A DNA stretch of 64,000 bases from an uncultured delta proteobacterium (GCA_963716725.1 CAVQUB010000009.1:1-64000), one strand, 5' to 3'. Positions 1-10,877 are shown, counted from the first letter of the stretch. Program-made: numbers and translations. Notes: generated by a model from the sequence alone, not told the origin.

Positions 1-3000
1 CCGGCCGTCGTAGGCCATGTGTCGGCTTCTCGAACACGACCGAGGGTGCACGGTCGTACGATCGACTCCGATCCGATCGTGCTGTTCCTCGGCGATGTAC
101 AGCTTCGCGGAGACGAAACGGCCGTGACGCTTGGACAAGGACTGGTAGGCCGCCGCGAGATCCGTCGCGCTGACCTTCTCGCGAAACCCCGGTGAACCGT
201 GGGCATCCAACGCCGTGCACTGGCCCGCACGGACTTGCTCAGAGGGCCCGGCCGACTCGCTCCGAGACCGCCGCCGCTCCGCCACCTTGCGCTGGGGTAC
301 CTTCCGGCTGGGAGCAAGAACCCGGTCAACCCCAAGATGGGGAGCGCGATGGCCACCTTCCAGCCACCGGACCCAGCCTGTTGCTCCATGGTTGCGGGTG
401 GTTATCACACTCGCGGAGCGATGGCGGCGAAGCGTTGGCCGGACGTCCTACCGCTGAGACCGGGGTCGGCGTCCGCCGTTCCCGCTTTCACTCTGGCGTG
501 GTGCGGCGCCTCGACCGCTCGGACTTCGCGAGCAAGCGGCGCGCGTCGGGGGCGGCCCGGGCACCGCGGAAAGCAGGAGCTCGCGGGCACGACCGGCGTC
601 GCCGCGCAGCATTGCCGCGAGTCCGTTCTTGCAGCAGCGACCGGTCGAGGGAGGGCCTGCGCATTTCGCTGTGGAGCAGCGGGCGTGTCGGGTCGGTGGT
701 CTTGCGGGCGGCCATCATCACGGGACGAGCATGTAGCAAGGCGTGGGCCAGCGGACTATCCTGCGGAGAGGCGAGGTACCGCCGGCGCCGCAGGCGGTGG
801 GCACTTCTTCGGGTCGTCGTCTCTTGCCCACAGCGCACGGTCCAACTACTCGGAGGTCAACGCGGCGCAGTATTTGACGCTATGCGCCTTTGGATTTGAC
901 GCCAACGTGCATCTACGGTGGCGTGCACCCCAAGTGCTTGATCATCGCCGTGAGCTTGGCTCGTTGTCGCGGCTGCGTCGCTTCGTTGGCGCAGACGCCC
1001 ATGGCGCGCAGGTGTGCTCGGGGCGCCCCCGGGCCGCTGGTTCAGCATGGCGGTACAGTAGCTGTGCGCATCCTTGCGATCCCAGGGGTCCGTCGCAACC
1101 AGCAGCGCCCAGCGCCCAGTGCCAGCAGGAGCAGCGTCAGCTCGAAGGCTGCTCCGGCGCCGACCGCTGACGGTGCGATTGTGCCACGGGCTGCGCTGAG
1201 GTCGATGTCGCCCTGCTGGGCTGCCAATTGCTGTGGATTGGCATGGGCGGCGAACCGCTCAGGCCATCAGAAGCGGGCAGGTGGCCACCTCTTGGGAGCC
1301 TCCGTAGCAATCCCCTCCCTGGACGACCACCTGTGTCAGGTTGGGGCACGTGTAGGTTGCCTTGAACACAACCTACCTTGTCAGCGCCCACGCCCGGCGT
1401 TGGTGGGTGCGCGTTGCCCCCGCAAACGAAGGCAAACGAGGCGCACTTGAAACTGCTGATACGCAGTAGGTCACAGTCGAACGCTTGGTGAGCACGTCCG
1501 GGCCGCAGGCATTCGCCGCCGTCCATGGGTGAAGTGCCGCCGCCGCCGGAGGGTGCGCCGCCGCCGGAGGGCGCGCCGCCGCCGGAGGGCGCGCCGCCTC
1601 CGCCGCCGGAACCGCTCACGCCGCCCGACCCCGAGCTGCCGCCCGCGCTGCTCCCACCGCTTCCCTCGTGGTCGTGGAGCTACACCCAATGAGCATCAGG
1701 GACGCGAGCAAGAGTTTGCACTGCCACTCGCCAAGCTTGTGCTCGAGCGTCACCTGTTCAATACGTTCGCGCAATGCGGCACGCCACCCGTCAGCCTTGG
1801 CCTTGGCCGCGCGCGAGCCGCAGGAGCGGCGTCGCCCTCGGTTCGCCACTTCGCCAAGGCGCCGATGTCTTCGAAGCCACCGTCGAAGCTCGCGCAGTTC
1901 CGGATTGGTGCTGATGAACGCGACGCTGCCGGAGCGCTGCCACGAGTTGTTGGACGGTACGCCGGTGCCGCTATTCTTCGCGGTTTCGCCGGCAGGACAG
2001 CCGTTCACGACGGGTGTCGGTACCCGAGGGCGTAGCCCAGCGCGTTGTCCCAGGTCGTGTTGTTGGGGTTCCGCCGGAGTCGCGGTTGATGCCTGCTGCC
2101 TCGAATAGGACAGGCACCGCTCCACCACCGAGTCCGCTGGCGGCTCGCCGCGCCCGCCTTGACGCCCTGGCCGTTCGCCATCGGCGATGCCGTTTTGGTG
2201 GCTGATGCTGTAGCCCATGTAGCTGCCGGTGGACCGCCAGGTGTCGATGCCGTCATCGGAGTTTTTGTAGGTCAGGCAGTGCTCTACGCGGTCGTCCTGT
2301 ACTGCCGCTGGAGATTCAAATGCCGTCGAAGTTCCGCCGTTGGCGAATTCTGCGTCGAACACTCCGCGCCGGAGTTGTCGTTCGCGGTGCAGTTGCGCAG
2401 GGGGTGTTTCGCGACCCACTCGCCCCATAGGGAAGTCGAAGCTGGGCTGTAGATTCGGAGTGCCAGACAGCACGCTTGTGGGTGGAGTGAACGCCGTCGA
2501 GCAGGTTGTCCGTACCGCCGATCAACGCCTGCATGGGCATGTTCTTCACTTCCAGTCGCTTCAGGTGCACGGAAGCGGCCGCGTACACTTGAGTACCCTT
2601 TTTGTGCTGGCTTCTGTCCAATATGGCCGATTCGCCGGGGTAGCTCTCAGAGGATCACCGGCGCCCCGCCGCTGGCTTGGTTGGGTCAGGTTCTTCGAGA
2701 TACGGCGTAGGCGCCCCCACGCAAGAACACCACGTCCCCGCACGGCGGCCCAGATGTCGCACGGCGAGGCCTGCGAGCATGCGGTGCCGCTTCCACCAGG
2801 GGCCGCGAAGATCGTTCCCTTGCCGACGGGGGTCGGCGCCACGGAGACCGCCCGATCCCGGCGGCGTTGGGCGTGCCTCCGGTTCTCCGGGCTCCCGCTC
2901 CCCTGCCTGCGCTCCCCCCGGAGCCGCCCGTCCTGCGCCACCGCCGAGACCAGCGTTGCCACCGGAGCCAGAGTTGCAGCATTGCCGTGTTGCCGCCTGC

Positions 3001-3730
3001 CAGCACCGCGCTCCGCCGCTCGCTGAACTCCGCCGCCGGCCGGCGCCCGAACCGCCGGTACCCGCCTTGGCTCCGCCGTTCGTCATCCGAGCCGCACGCC
3101 ATTACGGTCAATGCAATCAGGCTGGTCATCAGGGATTTGCTTCGATGTCGTTCTCACTAGGCGCAGCATACCAGGTGAAAACCGGATGCTGTGCCTCGAG
3201 ACCTCGAGACCCCCACGCAGCGGCGAGCGGGCTCAGTCTCCACCCAGCTCTGCGCGGTCCCTTGGCGAAGACTACTGCTGGGGCTGCCGACCCCATGCGG
3301 CTGAGATCAGCGCGGTCTTCGCCGCGGCCACCAGCGCGGCCACCGCCAGCGCAGGGTCAGTCGCCCCGCTGCCCGCCACCAGTTGCAGCATGCCCAACAT
3401 GGCCTCGAATGCCAGTGCGCCCGGCACCATGGGAATGGCGCTCGGCAATGCGAAAGCGATCACCGGGACGCGCATGCGGCGCGCGAAGGCGAGAGCTGAG
3501 AAGCCTATGACCGTAGCGGCTGCCAGCGTTCCGGCCTCGATGCCGACCCAGCCGAGCTTCATCAGCGCCGCGCACAAGCGTGGCTGACGGCCCCGATCAA
3601 AAAGCAGATACCCAGGAGTCTTCTCGGTGTGTTGAACAACACCGCGAAGCCGATCGCGGCGACGCCCGACCAGAGCGCGTCGAAGAGCAGAGCGGACCAG
3701 AAGGTCGAGGTCATAGCGCCTGCGCTCCAG
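1..3730 (-). repeat. Degraded inverted copy of ~3895-7790 (probable fold-back/chimeric long-read artefact)
   Basis: GGTCATAGCGCCTGCGCTCCAG at 3709-3730 is the reverse complement of CTGG(G)AGCGCAGGCGCTATGACC at ~3895-3917. Bases 1-180 mirror ~7600-7790. All ORFs here are frameshifted fragments of the intact genes at 3912-7870. Confidence 0.93.
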
Positions 3731-3915
3731 ATGCCTCGGCCGCTTCGGTTCTGCTGTTGGTGCCGGGTGTGCCGCTGATCAACGCATTCGAGGAACTGGT
3801 GCGCGGCTACTCGCTGATGGCCGTCTCCCGCGGCGTGCAGGGACTGGCCATCTCGCTCGCCATCGCCCTCGGCATGCTGGTCGCCACCGGCTGGCTGGGA
3901 GCGCAGGCGCTATGA
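3731..3915 (+). CDS. C-terminal fragment of ThrE-family threonine/serine exporter large subunit (5' end lost at the fold-back junction)
   Basis: ASVLLLVPGVPLINAFEELVRG...LAIALGM is a ThrE-type motif. Its stop overlaps the ATG of the next gene (ATGA). Confidence 0.7.
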
Positions 3916-4403
3916 CCTCGACCTTCTGGTCCGCTCTGCTCTTCGACGCGCTCTGGTCGGGCGTCGCCGCGACCGGCTTCGCAGTGCTGTTCAACACACC
4001 GAGAAGACTCCTGGGTATCTGCTTTTTGATCGGGGCCGTCAGCCACGCTTGTCGCGCGGCGCTGATGAAGCTCGGCTGGGTCGGCATCGAGGCCGGAACG
4101 CTGGCAGCCGCTACGGTCATAGGCTTCTCAGCTCTCGCCTTCGCGCGCCGCATGCGCGTCCCGGTGATCGCTTTCGCATTGCCGAGCGCCATTCCCATGG
4201 TGCCGGGCGCACTGGCATTCAAGGCCATGTTGGGCATGCTGCAACTGGTGGCGGGCAGCGGGGCGACTGACCCTGCGCTGGCGGTGGCCGCGCTGGTGGC
4301 CGCGGCGAAGACCGCGCTGATCTTGGCCGCCATCGTGATCGGGGTCGGCAGCCCCAGCATGGTGTTTCGCCAAGAGGACCGCGCGGAGTTGGGTGGAGAC
4401 TGA
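3912..4403 (+). CDS. ThrE_2-family threonine/serine exporter small subunit
   Basis: GFAVLFNTPRR and PSAIPMVPGALAF motifs; hydrophobic throughout; follows the ThrE fragment. Confidence 0.85.
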   Translation: MTSTFWSALLFDALWSGVAATGFAVLFNTPRRLLGICFLIGAVSHACRAALMKLGWVGIEAGTLAAATVIGFSALAFARRMRVPVIAFALPSAIPMVPGALAFKAMLGMLQLVAGSGATDPALAVAALVAAAKTALILAAIVIGVGSPSMVFRQEDRAELGGD

Positions 4404-4492
4404 GCCCGCTCGCCGCTGCGTGGGGGTCTCGAGGTCTCGAGGCACAGCATCCGGTTTTGCACCTGGTATGCTGCGCCAGTAGTGAGAACGAC

Positions 4493-5857
4493 ATGAACAA
4501 ATCCCTGATGACCAGCCTGATTGCATTGACCGTGATCGCGTGCGGCTCGGATGACGACGGCGGAGCCAAGGCGGGTACCGGCGGTTCGGGCGGCACCGCC
4601 AGCGGCGGGAGTTCAGCGAGCGGCGGAACGGCAGGCGGTGCTGGCAGCGGCGGCAACGCGGGCAATGCTGGCAACTCTGGCTCCGGTGGCAACGCTGGTC
4701 TCGGCGGTGGCGCAGGAGCGGGCGGCTCCGGGGGGAGCGCAGGCGGGGGAGGCGGAGGAACCGGAGGAACCGGAGGCACGCCCAACGCCGCCGGGATCGG
4801 GCCGCAGCCCGTGGCGCCGACCCCCGTCGGCAAGGGAACGATCTTCGCGGCCCCTGGTGGAAGCGGCACCGCATGCTCGCAGGCCTCGCCGTGCGACATC
4901 TGGGCCGCCGTGCAGAAGGCCAAGGGCGGGGACGTGGTGTTCTTGCGCGGGGGCACCTACGCCGTGTCGAAGAACCTGAGCTTCTCCAACCAAGCCAGCA
5001 GCGGGGCGCCGGTGATCTACGAGAGCTACCCCGGCGAATCGGCGGTGTTGGACGGAAGCCAGCACAAAAAGGGTACTCAAGTGTACGTGCGGGTGACCGG
5101 CAGCTTCGTGCACCTGAAGCGACTGGAAGTGAAGAACATGCCCATGCAGGGCGTTTGGATCGGCGGTACGGACAACCTGCTCGACGGCGTTCACTCCCAC
5201 CACAACGGGCTGTCTGGCATCCAGATCTACAGCCCCTATACCGACTTCCCCTACGGGGCGAGTGGGTCGCGAAACACCCTGCGCAACTGCACCGCGAACG
5301 ACAACTCCGGCGCGGGGATCTTCGACGCAGAATTCGCCAACGGCGGAAACTCCGACGGCATTTCGATCTCCAGCGGCGCGGACAACCGCGTAGAGCACTG
5401 CCTGACCTACAAAAACTCCGATGACGGCATCGACACCTGGCGGTCCACCGGCAGCTACGTGGGCTACAGCATCAGCCACCAAAACGGCATCGCCGATGGC
5501 AACGGCCAGGGCATCAAGGCGGGCGGCAAGCCGCCCAGCGCGGACTCGGTGGTGGAGCGGTGCCTGTCCTATTCGAACAAGGCGGCGGGCATCGACCACA
5601 ACTCCGTCAAGAACGGGAAGTTTGCCAACAACACGACCTGGGACAACGCGCTGGGCTACACCCTGGGTACCGACACCGTCGTGAACGGCTGTATTGCCGG
5701 CGAAACCGCGAAGAATAGCGGCACCGGCGTACCGTCCAACAACTCGTGGCAGCGCTCCGGCAGCGTCGCGTTCATCAGCACCGATCCGAAGTCCGCGAGC
5801 TTCCTTCGGCCGACGGTGGGCGGCGGCTTCGAAGACATCGGCGCCTTGGCGAAGTGA
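4493..5857 (+). CDS. Lipoprotein with Gly-rich linker and right-handed parallel beta-helix (pectate-lyase-like) domain
   Basis: Lipobox VIAC, a Gly/Ser linker, GDVVFLRGGTY, and NSDGI / NSDDGID beta-helix repeats. Confidence 0.8.
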   Translation: MNKSLMTSLIALTVIACGSDDDGGAKAGTGGSGGTASGGSSASGGTAGGAGSGGNAGNAGNSGSGGNAGLGGGAGAGGSGGSAGGGGGGTGGTGGTPNAAGIGPQPVAPTPVGKGTIFAAPGGSGTACSQASPCDIWAAVQKAKGGDVVFLRGGTYAVSKNLSFSNQASSGAPVIYESYPGESAVLDGSQHKKGTQVYVRVTGSFVHLKRLEVKNMPMQGVWIGGTDNLLDGVHSHHNGLSGIQIYSPYTDFPYGASGSRNTLRNCTANDNSGAGIFDAEFANGGNSDGISISSGADNRVEHCLTYKNSDDGIDTWRSTGSYVGYSISHQNGIADGNGQGIKAGGKPPSADSVVERCLSYSNKAAGIDHNSVKNGKFANNTTWDNALGYTLGTDTVVNGCIAGETAKNSGTGVPSNNSWQRSGSVAFISTDPKSASFLRPTVGGGFEDIGALAK

Positions 5858-5987
5858 GGGCGAACCGAGGGCGACGCCGGCTCAGCGTGCGGCTCGCGCG
5901 CGGCCAAGGCCAAGGCTGACGGGTGGCGTGCCGCATTGCGCGAACGTATTTCTTGAACAGGTGACGCTTCGAGCACAAGCTTGGCGA

Positions 5988-6482
5988 GTGGCAGTCAAAC
6001 TCTTGCTCGCGTCCCTGATGCTCATTGGGTGTAGCTCCACGACCACGACTGAGGGAAGCGGTGGGAGCAGCGCGGGCGGCAGCTCGGGGTCGGGCGGCGT
6101 GAGCGGTTCCGGCGGCGGAGGCGGGACGCCCAGCGGCGGCGCGCCCTCCGGCGGCGGCGCGCCCTCCGGCGGCGGCGCACCCTCCGGCGGCGGCGGCACT
6201 TCACCCATGGACGGCGGCGGAGATCCCTGCGGCCCGGACGTGCTCACCAAGGACAACTCGACTGTGACCTACTGCGTATCGGCACAGTTCAAGTGCGCCT
6301 CGTTTGCCTTCGTTTGCGGGGGCAACGCGCACCCACCAACGCCGGGCGTGGGCGCCGGGAGTTGCAAGGGTGGGTTGCTGTTCAAGGCAACCTACACGTG
6401 CCCCAACCTGACACAGGTGGTCGTCCAGGGAGGGGATTGCTACGGAGGCTCCCAAGAGGTGGCCACCTGCCCGTTCCTCTGA
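5988..6482 (+). CDS. Gly-rich, Cys-containing lipoprotein (hypothetical)
   Basis: Lipobox LIGC, SGGGAP repeats, Cys-rich C-terminal domain. GTG start inferred. Confidence 0.65.
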   Translation: MAVKLLLASLMLIGCSSTTTTEGSGGSSAGGSSGSGGVSGSGGGGGTPSGGAPSGGGAPSGGGAPSGGGGTSPMDGGGDPCGPDVLTKDNSTVTYCVSAQFKCASFAFVCGGNAHPPTPGVGAGSCKGGLLFKATYTCPNLTQVVVQGGDCYGGSQEVATCPFL

Positions 6483-6575
6483 TGGCCTGAGCGGTTCGCC
6501 GCCCATGCCGATCCACGGCGATTGGCAGCCACAGGGCGACATCGACCTCAGCGCAGCCCGTGGCACAATCGCACC

Positions 6576-6839
6576 GTGAGCGGTCGGCGCCGGAGAGCAG
6601 CCTTCGAGCTGACGCTGCTACTGGCGCTCGGGGCGCTCGGCGCTGCTGGTTGCGACCCCGACCCCTGGGATCGCAAGGATGCGCACAGCTACTGCTCCGC
6701 CATGCTGAACCAGCGCCCGGGGGCGCCCAAGCACACCTGTCGCGCCGTGGGCGTCTGCGCCAACGAAGCGACGCTGACCGCGGACGAACGAGCCAAGCTC
6801 ACGGCGATGATCAAGCGCTTGGGGTGCACGCCACCGTAG
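6576..6839 (+). CDS. Small Cys-containing lipoprotein (hypothetical)
   Basis: Signal peptide ending AAGC followed by 4 more Cys. Start inferred. Confidence 0.55.
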   Translation: MSGRRRRAAFELTLLLALGALGAAGCDPDPWDRKDAHSYCSAMLNQRPGAPKHTCRAVGVCANEATLTADERAKLTAMIKRLGCTPP

Positions 6840-7030
6840 ATGCACGTTGGCGTCGACCCAAAGGCGCGTAGCGTCAAATACTGCGCCGCGTTGACCTCCG
6901 AGTAGTTGGACCGTGCGCTGTGGGCAAGAGACGACAACCCGAGGTCCACCGCCTGCGGCGCGGGCGGGTGCCTGGCCTACTCTCCGCAGGATAGTCCGCT
7001 GGCCCACGCCTTGCTCATGCTCGTCCCGTG

Positions 7031-7330
7031 ATGATGGCCGCCCGCAAGACCACCCGACCCGACACGCCCGCTGCTCGCAGCGAAATGCGCAGGCCCTCCC
7101 TCGACTCTGCGGACGTCCTGCAAGAACAGATTGACCGGGCGACCGCGGCAATGCTGCGCGGCGACGCCGGTCGTGCCCGCGAGCTCCTGCTTTCCGCGCT
7201 CGAGCGGTGCCCGGGCCACCCCGACGCGCGCCGCTTGCTCGCAAAGATCCCCGAGCGGTCGAGCGCCCCGCCTGCGCCGCGCCAGAGTGAAAGCGGGAAC
7301 GGCGGACGCCGACCCCGGTCTCAGCGGTAG
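7031..7330 (+). CDS. Small hypothetical protein with a single TPR-like helix pair
   Basis: AMLRGDAGRARELLLSALERCPGHPDARRLL resembles a TPR motif. Confidence 0.45.
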   Translation: MMAARKTTRPDTPAARSEMRRPSLDSADVLQEQIDRATAAMLRGDAGRARELLLSALERCPGHPDARRLLAKIPERSSAPPAPRQSESGNGGRRPRSQR

Positions 7331-7390
7331 CGGGCGTCCCGCCAACGCTTCGCCGCCATCGCTCCGCGAGTGTGATAACCACCCGCAACC

Positions 7391-7870
7391 ATGGAGCAAC
7401 AGGCTGGGTCCGGTGGGTGCTTGAAGGTGCTGGCGATCGCGCTCCCCATCTTGGGGTTGACCGGGTTCTTGCTCCACAAAGTGTCCCAGGCGCAAGGTCG
7501 CGCGGCGGCGGTCTCGGAGCGAGTCGCCGGGCCGTATCTAGAGCAAGTCCGTGCGGGCCAGTACCAGCAGGCGTTGGATGCCCACGGTTCACCGGGGTTT
7601 CGCAAGAAGGTCAGCGCGACGGATCTCGCGGCGGCCTACCAGTCCTTGTCCAAGCGTCACGGCCGTTTCGTCTCCGCGAAGCTGTACATCGCCGAGGAAC
7701 AACACACGATCGGATCGGAGTCGATCGTGCGAGCCAAGTACACCCTCGTGTTCGAGAAGGCCGAAGAGCACGTCGCCTACGACATCACCGGCGAGGGCGA
7801 CGCGGCAAAGATCGACGAGGCCTACGAGCGGCCTGTGGGTCGGGACATGCTGCGAGCGGCGCCGCGTTGA
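7391..7870 (+). CDS. Membrane-anchored hypothetical protein
   Basis: N-terminal TM helix (GCLKVLAIALPILGLTGFLL); codon usage typical of the window. Confidence 0.7.
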   Translation: MEQQAGSGGCLKVLAIALPILGLTGFLLHKVSQAQGRAAAVSERVAGPYLEQVRAGQYQQALDAHGSPGFRKKVSATDLAAAYQSLSKRHGRFVSAKLYIAEEQHTIGSESIVRAKYTLVFEKAEEHVAYDITGEGDAAKIDEAYERPVGRDMLRAAPR

Positions 7871-7933
7871 GCGGACGCCGGTTGGAGCTTGGTGCGAGTT
7901 GACGAGCACGCGACTCACGCCTAGACCGGCGTC

Positions 7934-8812
7934 ATGTCCTCGCTCCAACCCGGGATCTTGGCGGACGTCCCGGCGCACTCGCGCTACCTCTGGTTTCGCT
8001 CCCGCGGCACGGGGCACGCCGGGCGCACACTGGCCGATCTTGCCACCCGCCCATGGGGTGACGACGCCGTCCTGGGCTTGGGTGCCGAGCTGTCGCGGGA
8101 GCTCGGCGTGAGCATCGAGGGCCTTCGGACCCTCCCGGCGCTGACGGGACCCGGGGTCAGCGTGCCCTCGACACCGCGCGCGCTCTTCTGTTGGCTGCGC
8201 GGATCCGATCGAGGCGCGCTGCTCCACCGCGGGCGCGAGATCGCGGGCATGCTCGACGCCGCGTTCGAACTCGACACCGCTGTCGACGGCTTCCGCTACC
8301 GCACGGGCCACGATCTCTCCGGTTTCGAGGACGGCACCGAAAACCCCGTAGACGATCTGGCTGTCGCCGCCGCGGCTGTGAGCGGCCGCGGTCTGGGTCT
8401 GGACGGCTCGAGCTTCGTCGCCGTGCAGCTTTGGCGACACGACCTGGACGCACTCGCGAAGTTCAGCGACACCGAGCAGAGTCAGCTCATCGGTCGGGAC
8501 AAGACCACGAACGAGGAGCTCGCCGACGCGCCGGCCTCGGCCCACGTCAAGCGCACCGAGCAAGAGCGCTTCGGGTTCGTGCTGCGTCGCTCCATGCCCT
8601 GGACAGAGGGCGACGAATCCGGCCTGGTGTTCGTTGCCTTCGGCAAGAGCCTCGACGCCTTCGAGGCGCAGCTGTCGAACATGGTTGGCTCGAAGGACGG
8701 CGTCACCGACGGCCTGTTTCGCTTCACGCGACCGATCGACAGCGCCGCGTTCTGGTGTCCCCCGGTGAGCGGTGACGGGCGGCTCGACCTGTCGGCGCTC
8801 GGGCACGGCTGA
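7934..8812 (+). CDS. Dyp-type (dye-decolourising) peroxidase
   Basis: DLSGFEDGTENP (GxxDG), AHVKR (proximal His) and LRRSMPW motifs. Confidence 0.93.
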   Translation: MSSLQPGILADVPAHSRYLWFRSRGTGHAGRTLADLATRPWGDDAVLGLGAELSRELGVSIEGLRTLPALTGPGVSVPSTPRALFCWLRGSDRGALLHRGREIAGMLDAAFELDTAVDGFRYRTGHDLSGFEDGTENPVDDLAVAAAAVSGRGLGLDGSSFVAVQLWRHDLDALAKFSDTEQSQLIGRDKTTNEELADAPASAHVKRTEQERFGFVLRRSMPWTEGDESGLVFVAFGKSLDAFEAQLSNMVGSKDGVTDGLFRFTRPIDSAAFWCPPVSGDGRLDLSALGHG

Positions 8813-8825
8813 TCCGCGCGACGCC

Positions 8826-9443
8826 TCAACTCTGCTTCACGCACCAACAGTAGACGAACTCTTGCAGCGTGCCCCAAGGGGTCTGGTGTCCCTCTTCGAG
8901 GTGATCCACGAGCTCGAACACGGCCCCGAACTCGTCGTGGATCTGGTCGGAGTCGTAGCGCACCACCGGCAAGCCGCTGCACTGCTCCGGGCCGTCGGGC
9001 CCGAAGGTCGCCACGATCACGTGCCCGCCTTGGCGCACGCTGCGGCACACCTGTCGGACGTACGCGGCGCGGTCCGCCGGTTCGGTGAGGAAGTGGAAGA
9101 CCGCGCGGTCGTGCCAGAGATCGAAGGCGCGAAGCGGGAGGTCGAGCCGGGTGATGTCGCCGCAGAGCCAGCGCACTTCGTCTGCACGCGCCCCCAGCCG
9201 CTGCTGGCTCAGCTCGAGCGCGCTCTCGGCGAGGTCGGCGACCGTGATGTTCAAGTATCCCTCCGCGAGCAGGTCGTCGACGAGCGTCGATGCCCCAGCG
9301 CCCACGTCGATGATGCCAGCGTCGAGGGCGACTCCGCTCTGGCGGATCAACTCGAGCGAGCGCTCGAGGTGCGGCTGATACCAACTGACGTTGGTCGCGC
9401 CCTTCTGCCCGTAGACCTCGTCCCAATGGTTGCGGTCCGACAT
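8826..9443 (-). CDS. Class I SAM-dependent methyltransferase
   Basis: HWDEVY, IIDVGAGAS, WHDRAVFHFL, GPEQCSGL motifs. Confidence 0.9.
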   Translation of the reverse strand: MSDRNHWDEVYGQKGATNVSWYQPHLERSLELIRQSGVALDAGIIDVGAGASTLVDDLLAEGYLNITVADLAESALELSQQRLGARADEVRWLCGDITRLDLPLRAFDLWHDRAVFHFLTEPADRAAYVRQVCRSVRQGGHVIVATFGPDGPEQCSGLPVVRYDSDQIHDEFGAVFELVDHLEEGHQTPWGTLQEFVYCWCVKQS

Positions 9444-9481
9444 CACTCCACCTGCAACAGCCGGCGTGGCGCGAAGCGTCC
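9434..9481. repeat. Direct repeat copy 1 (~47 bp, 23-bp identical core) duplicating the oxidoreductase stop / next-gene start
   Basis: ACCTGCAACAGCCGGCGTGGCGC occurs at 9450-9472 and 10845-10867, with similar flanks. Confidence 0.85.
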
Positions 9482-9498
9482 GCGTCGACGTTGCGCGA

Positions 9499-10092
9499 TC
9501 ATTCCGTCGAGGCGTCCGTCAATGTCGGGCAAGTCAAGATGAGCACGCCGCTCTCGGCGGTGTAGGTCAGCTGAACTTCGAAATCGAAGTTTCGGCCGCA
9601 GCTGTCTTTGCCCGTGAAGCGAACGGGCTTGCATGGGGTCACGTCTCCCGGTGGCGCCGACGCCGACAGGTCGATGGTGAAGCCGGTGCTGTTCGGCGTG
9701 ACTGGCGCTGAAACCGTTGACGACGAGCAGTCGAGCTGGATCGCAGCGCTGCCGCTCACGACGGGCGTCACGTTCGACCCGATGACGACGGTGACGATCT
9801 TCGTCCCGCCGTCGTAGCTGGAGGTCGCGCCGATACCCGTGCAGTCGAGGGCATCGCCCGCACAAGCCTCCCCGTCGCTGCCCGCGTCCGTCGCGCCGCC
9901 AGCATTGCCCGCGCCAGCGTTACCTCCCGTCGACCCAGCGCTGCCTCCGGTGGATCCGCCACCGCCCCCGGCTCCAGACGTCGCGCCAACCCCGCCGGCA
10001 CCCCCGCCAGGACCAGCCGATTCGTCATCGCTCCCGCATGCGCTGACCGCGCAAACAGCCCCAAGCCCCGCCACCCAGATCTTGCCGTCCAT
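9499..10092 (-). CDS. Gly-linker lipoprotein (hypothetical)
   Basis: MDGKIWVAGLGAVCAVSAC lipobox, Gly-rich linker, beta-rich C-terminal domain with Cys pairs. Confidence 0.7.
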   Translation of the reverse strand: MDGKIWVAGLGAVCAVSACGSDDESAGPGGGAGGVGATSGAGGGGGSTGGSAGSTGGNAGAGNAGGATDAGSDGEACAGDALDCTGIGATSSYDGGTKIVTVVIGSNVTPVVSGSAAIQLDCSSSTVSAPVTPNSTGFTIDLSASAPPGDVTPCKPVRFTGKDSCGRNFDFEVQLTYTAESGVLILTCPTLTDASTE

Positions 10093-10161
10093 GCCCGACA
10101 AGGTACCACAAACTGACTCAGCACTGCACAGAACGCAGCCGTCTCGACGTAGACTCCGCAG

Positions 10162-10767
10162 ATGGCTACGACCATCACGCCATTCGTGGTGCCCATTCAT
10201 CTGACGACAATCGGCGAGCTCGGCGCGGCGAAGCAGGCGCTTCTTCAAGCCACGGCTACGCTCCGACTGAGCGACCCTGGCATCGTAGCGAGCAACCGAC
10301 GCTCTTGGCATTCGCAACGCGACCTGCATCTCTCGAACGCGCCAGCGTTCCAGAATCTGCTCGCCCGACTCCGCTCGGCTTCGGCACAGGCCCTCGCGAA
10401 CGTGGTTCGCAGTGGGCAGCGCCTGGTGATGACCGAATGCTGGGCGATGGTGATGGACTCGGGCGGGTGGTCCGCGCCGCATCATCACCACCCCGCGCTT
10501 TGGTCGGGCGTGGTGTTCATAGACGCCGAACACGCCGCCAGCGCAACGCCCAACGAACCCGATGGCAAGCTCGAGCTTCTCAGTCCGTTGCCGCTAGCCG
10601 AGAGCTACGGCCAGCCGAGCGGCGCCATGATCACGCCGCGCGACGGGCAGATCGTGCTCTTCCCCGGCTGCTTGATGCACCTCGTGCACCCCGCTGTGAC
10701 CGAGCGCCCCCGCGTCTCCGTCAGTTTCAATCTGACGCTCGGTTCAGGCTCGCCGGCACAAACCTGA
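10162..10767 (+). CDS. Putative 2OG-Fe(II) oxygenase (TIGR02466-like)
   Basis: WAMV...PHHH...WSGVVF and GQIVLFPGCLMHLVHP...RVSVSFN motifs. Confidence 0.85.
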   Translation: MATTITPFVVPIHLTTIGELGAAKQALLQATATLRLSDPGIVASNRRSWHSQRDLHLSNAPAFQNLLARLRSASAQALANVVRSGQRLVMTECWAMVMDSGGWSAPHHHHPALWSGVVFIDAEHAASATPNEPDGKLELLSPLPLAESYGQPSGAMITPRDGQIVLFPGCLMHLVHPAVTERPRVSVSFNLTLGSGSPAQT

Positions 10768-10828
10768 CAGCTGCAGTTCGCTGGCGCGTCGGGGTCCCAC
10801 GCGACGCACCGGGTTCTTGCCAGGCACA

Positions 10829-10877
10829 GGTCGGCCATCAGTCAACCTGCAACAGCCGGCGTGGCGCAAGCGCATCC
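10829..10877. repeat. Direct repeat copy 2
   Basis: Matches 9434-9481 at an offset of 1395 bp. Confidence 0.85.

Noticed and set aside
1..3730. ORFs and apparent pseudogene cluster or invertible segment
   Set aside because: Explained as an error-rich mirror of 3895-7790; no recombinase or defined inversion sites.
8770..8812. Dyp C-terminus DGRLDLSALG as an encapsulin targeting peptide
   Set aside because: No linker before it, no encapsulin gene nearby, and it resembles the ordinary end of this Dyp subgroup.
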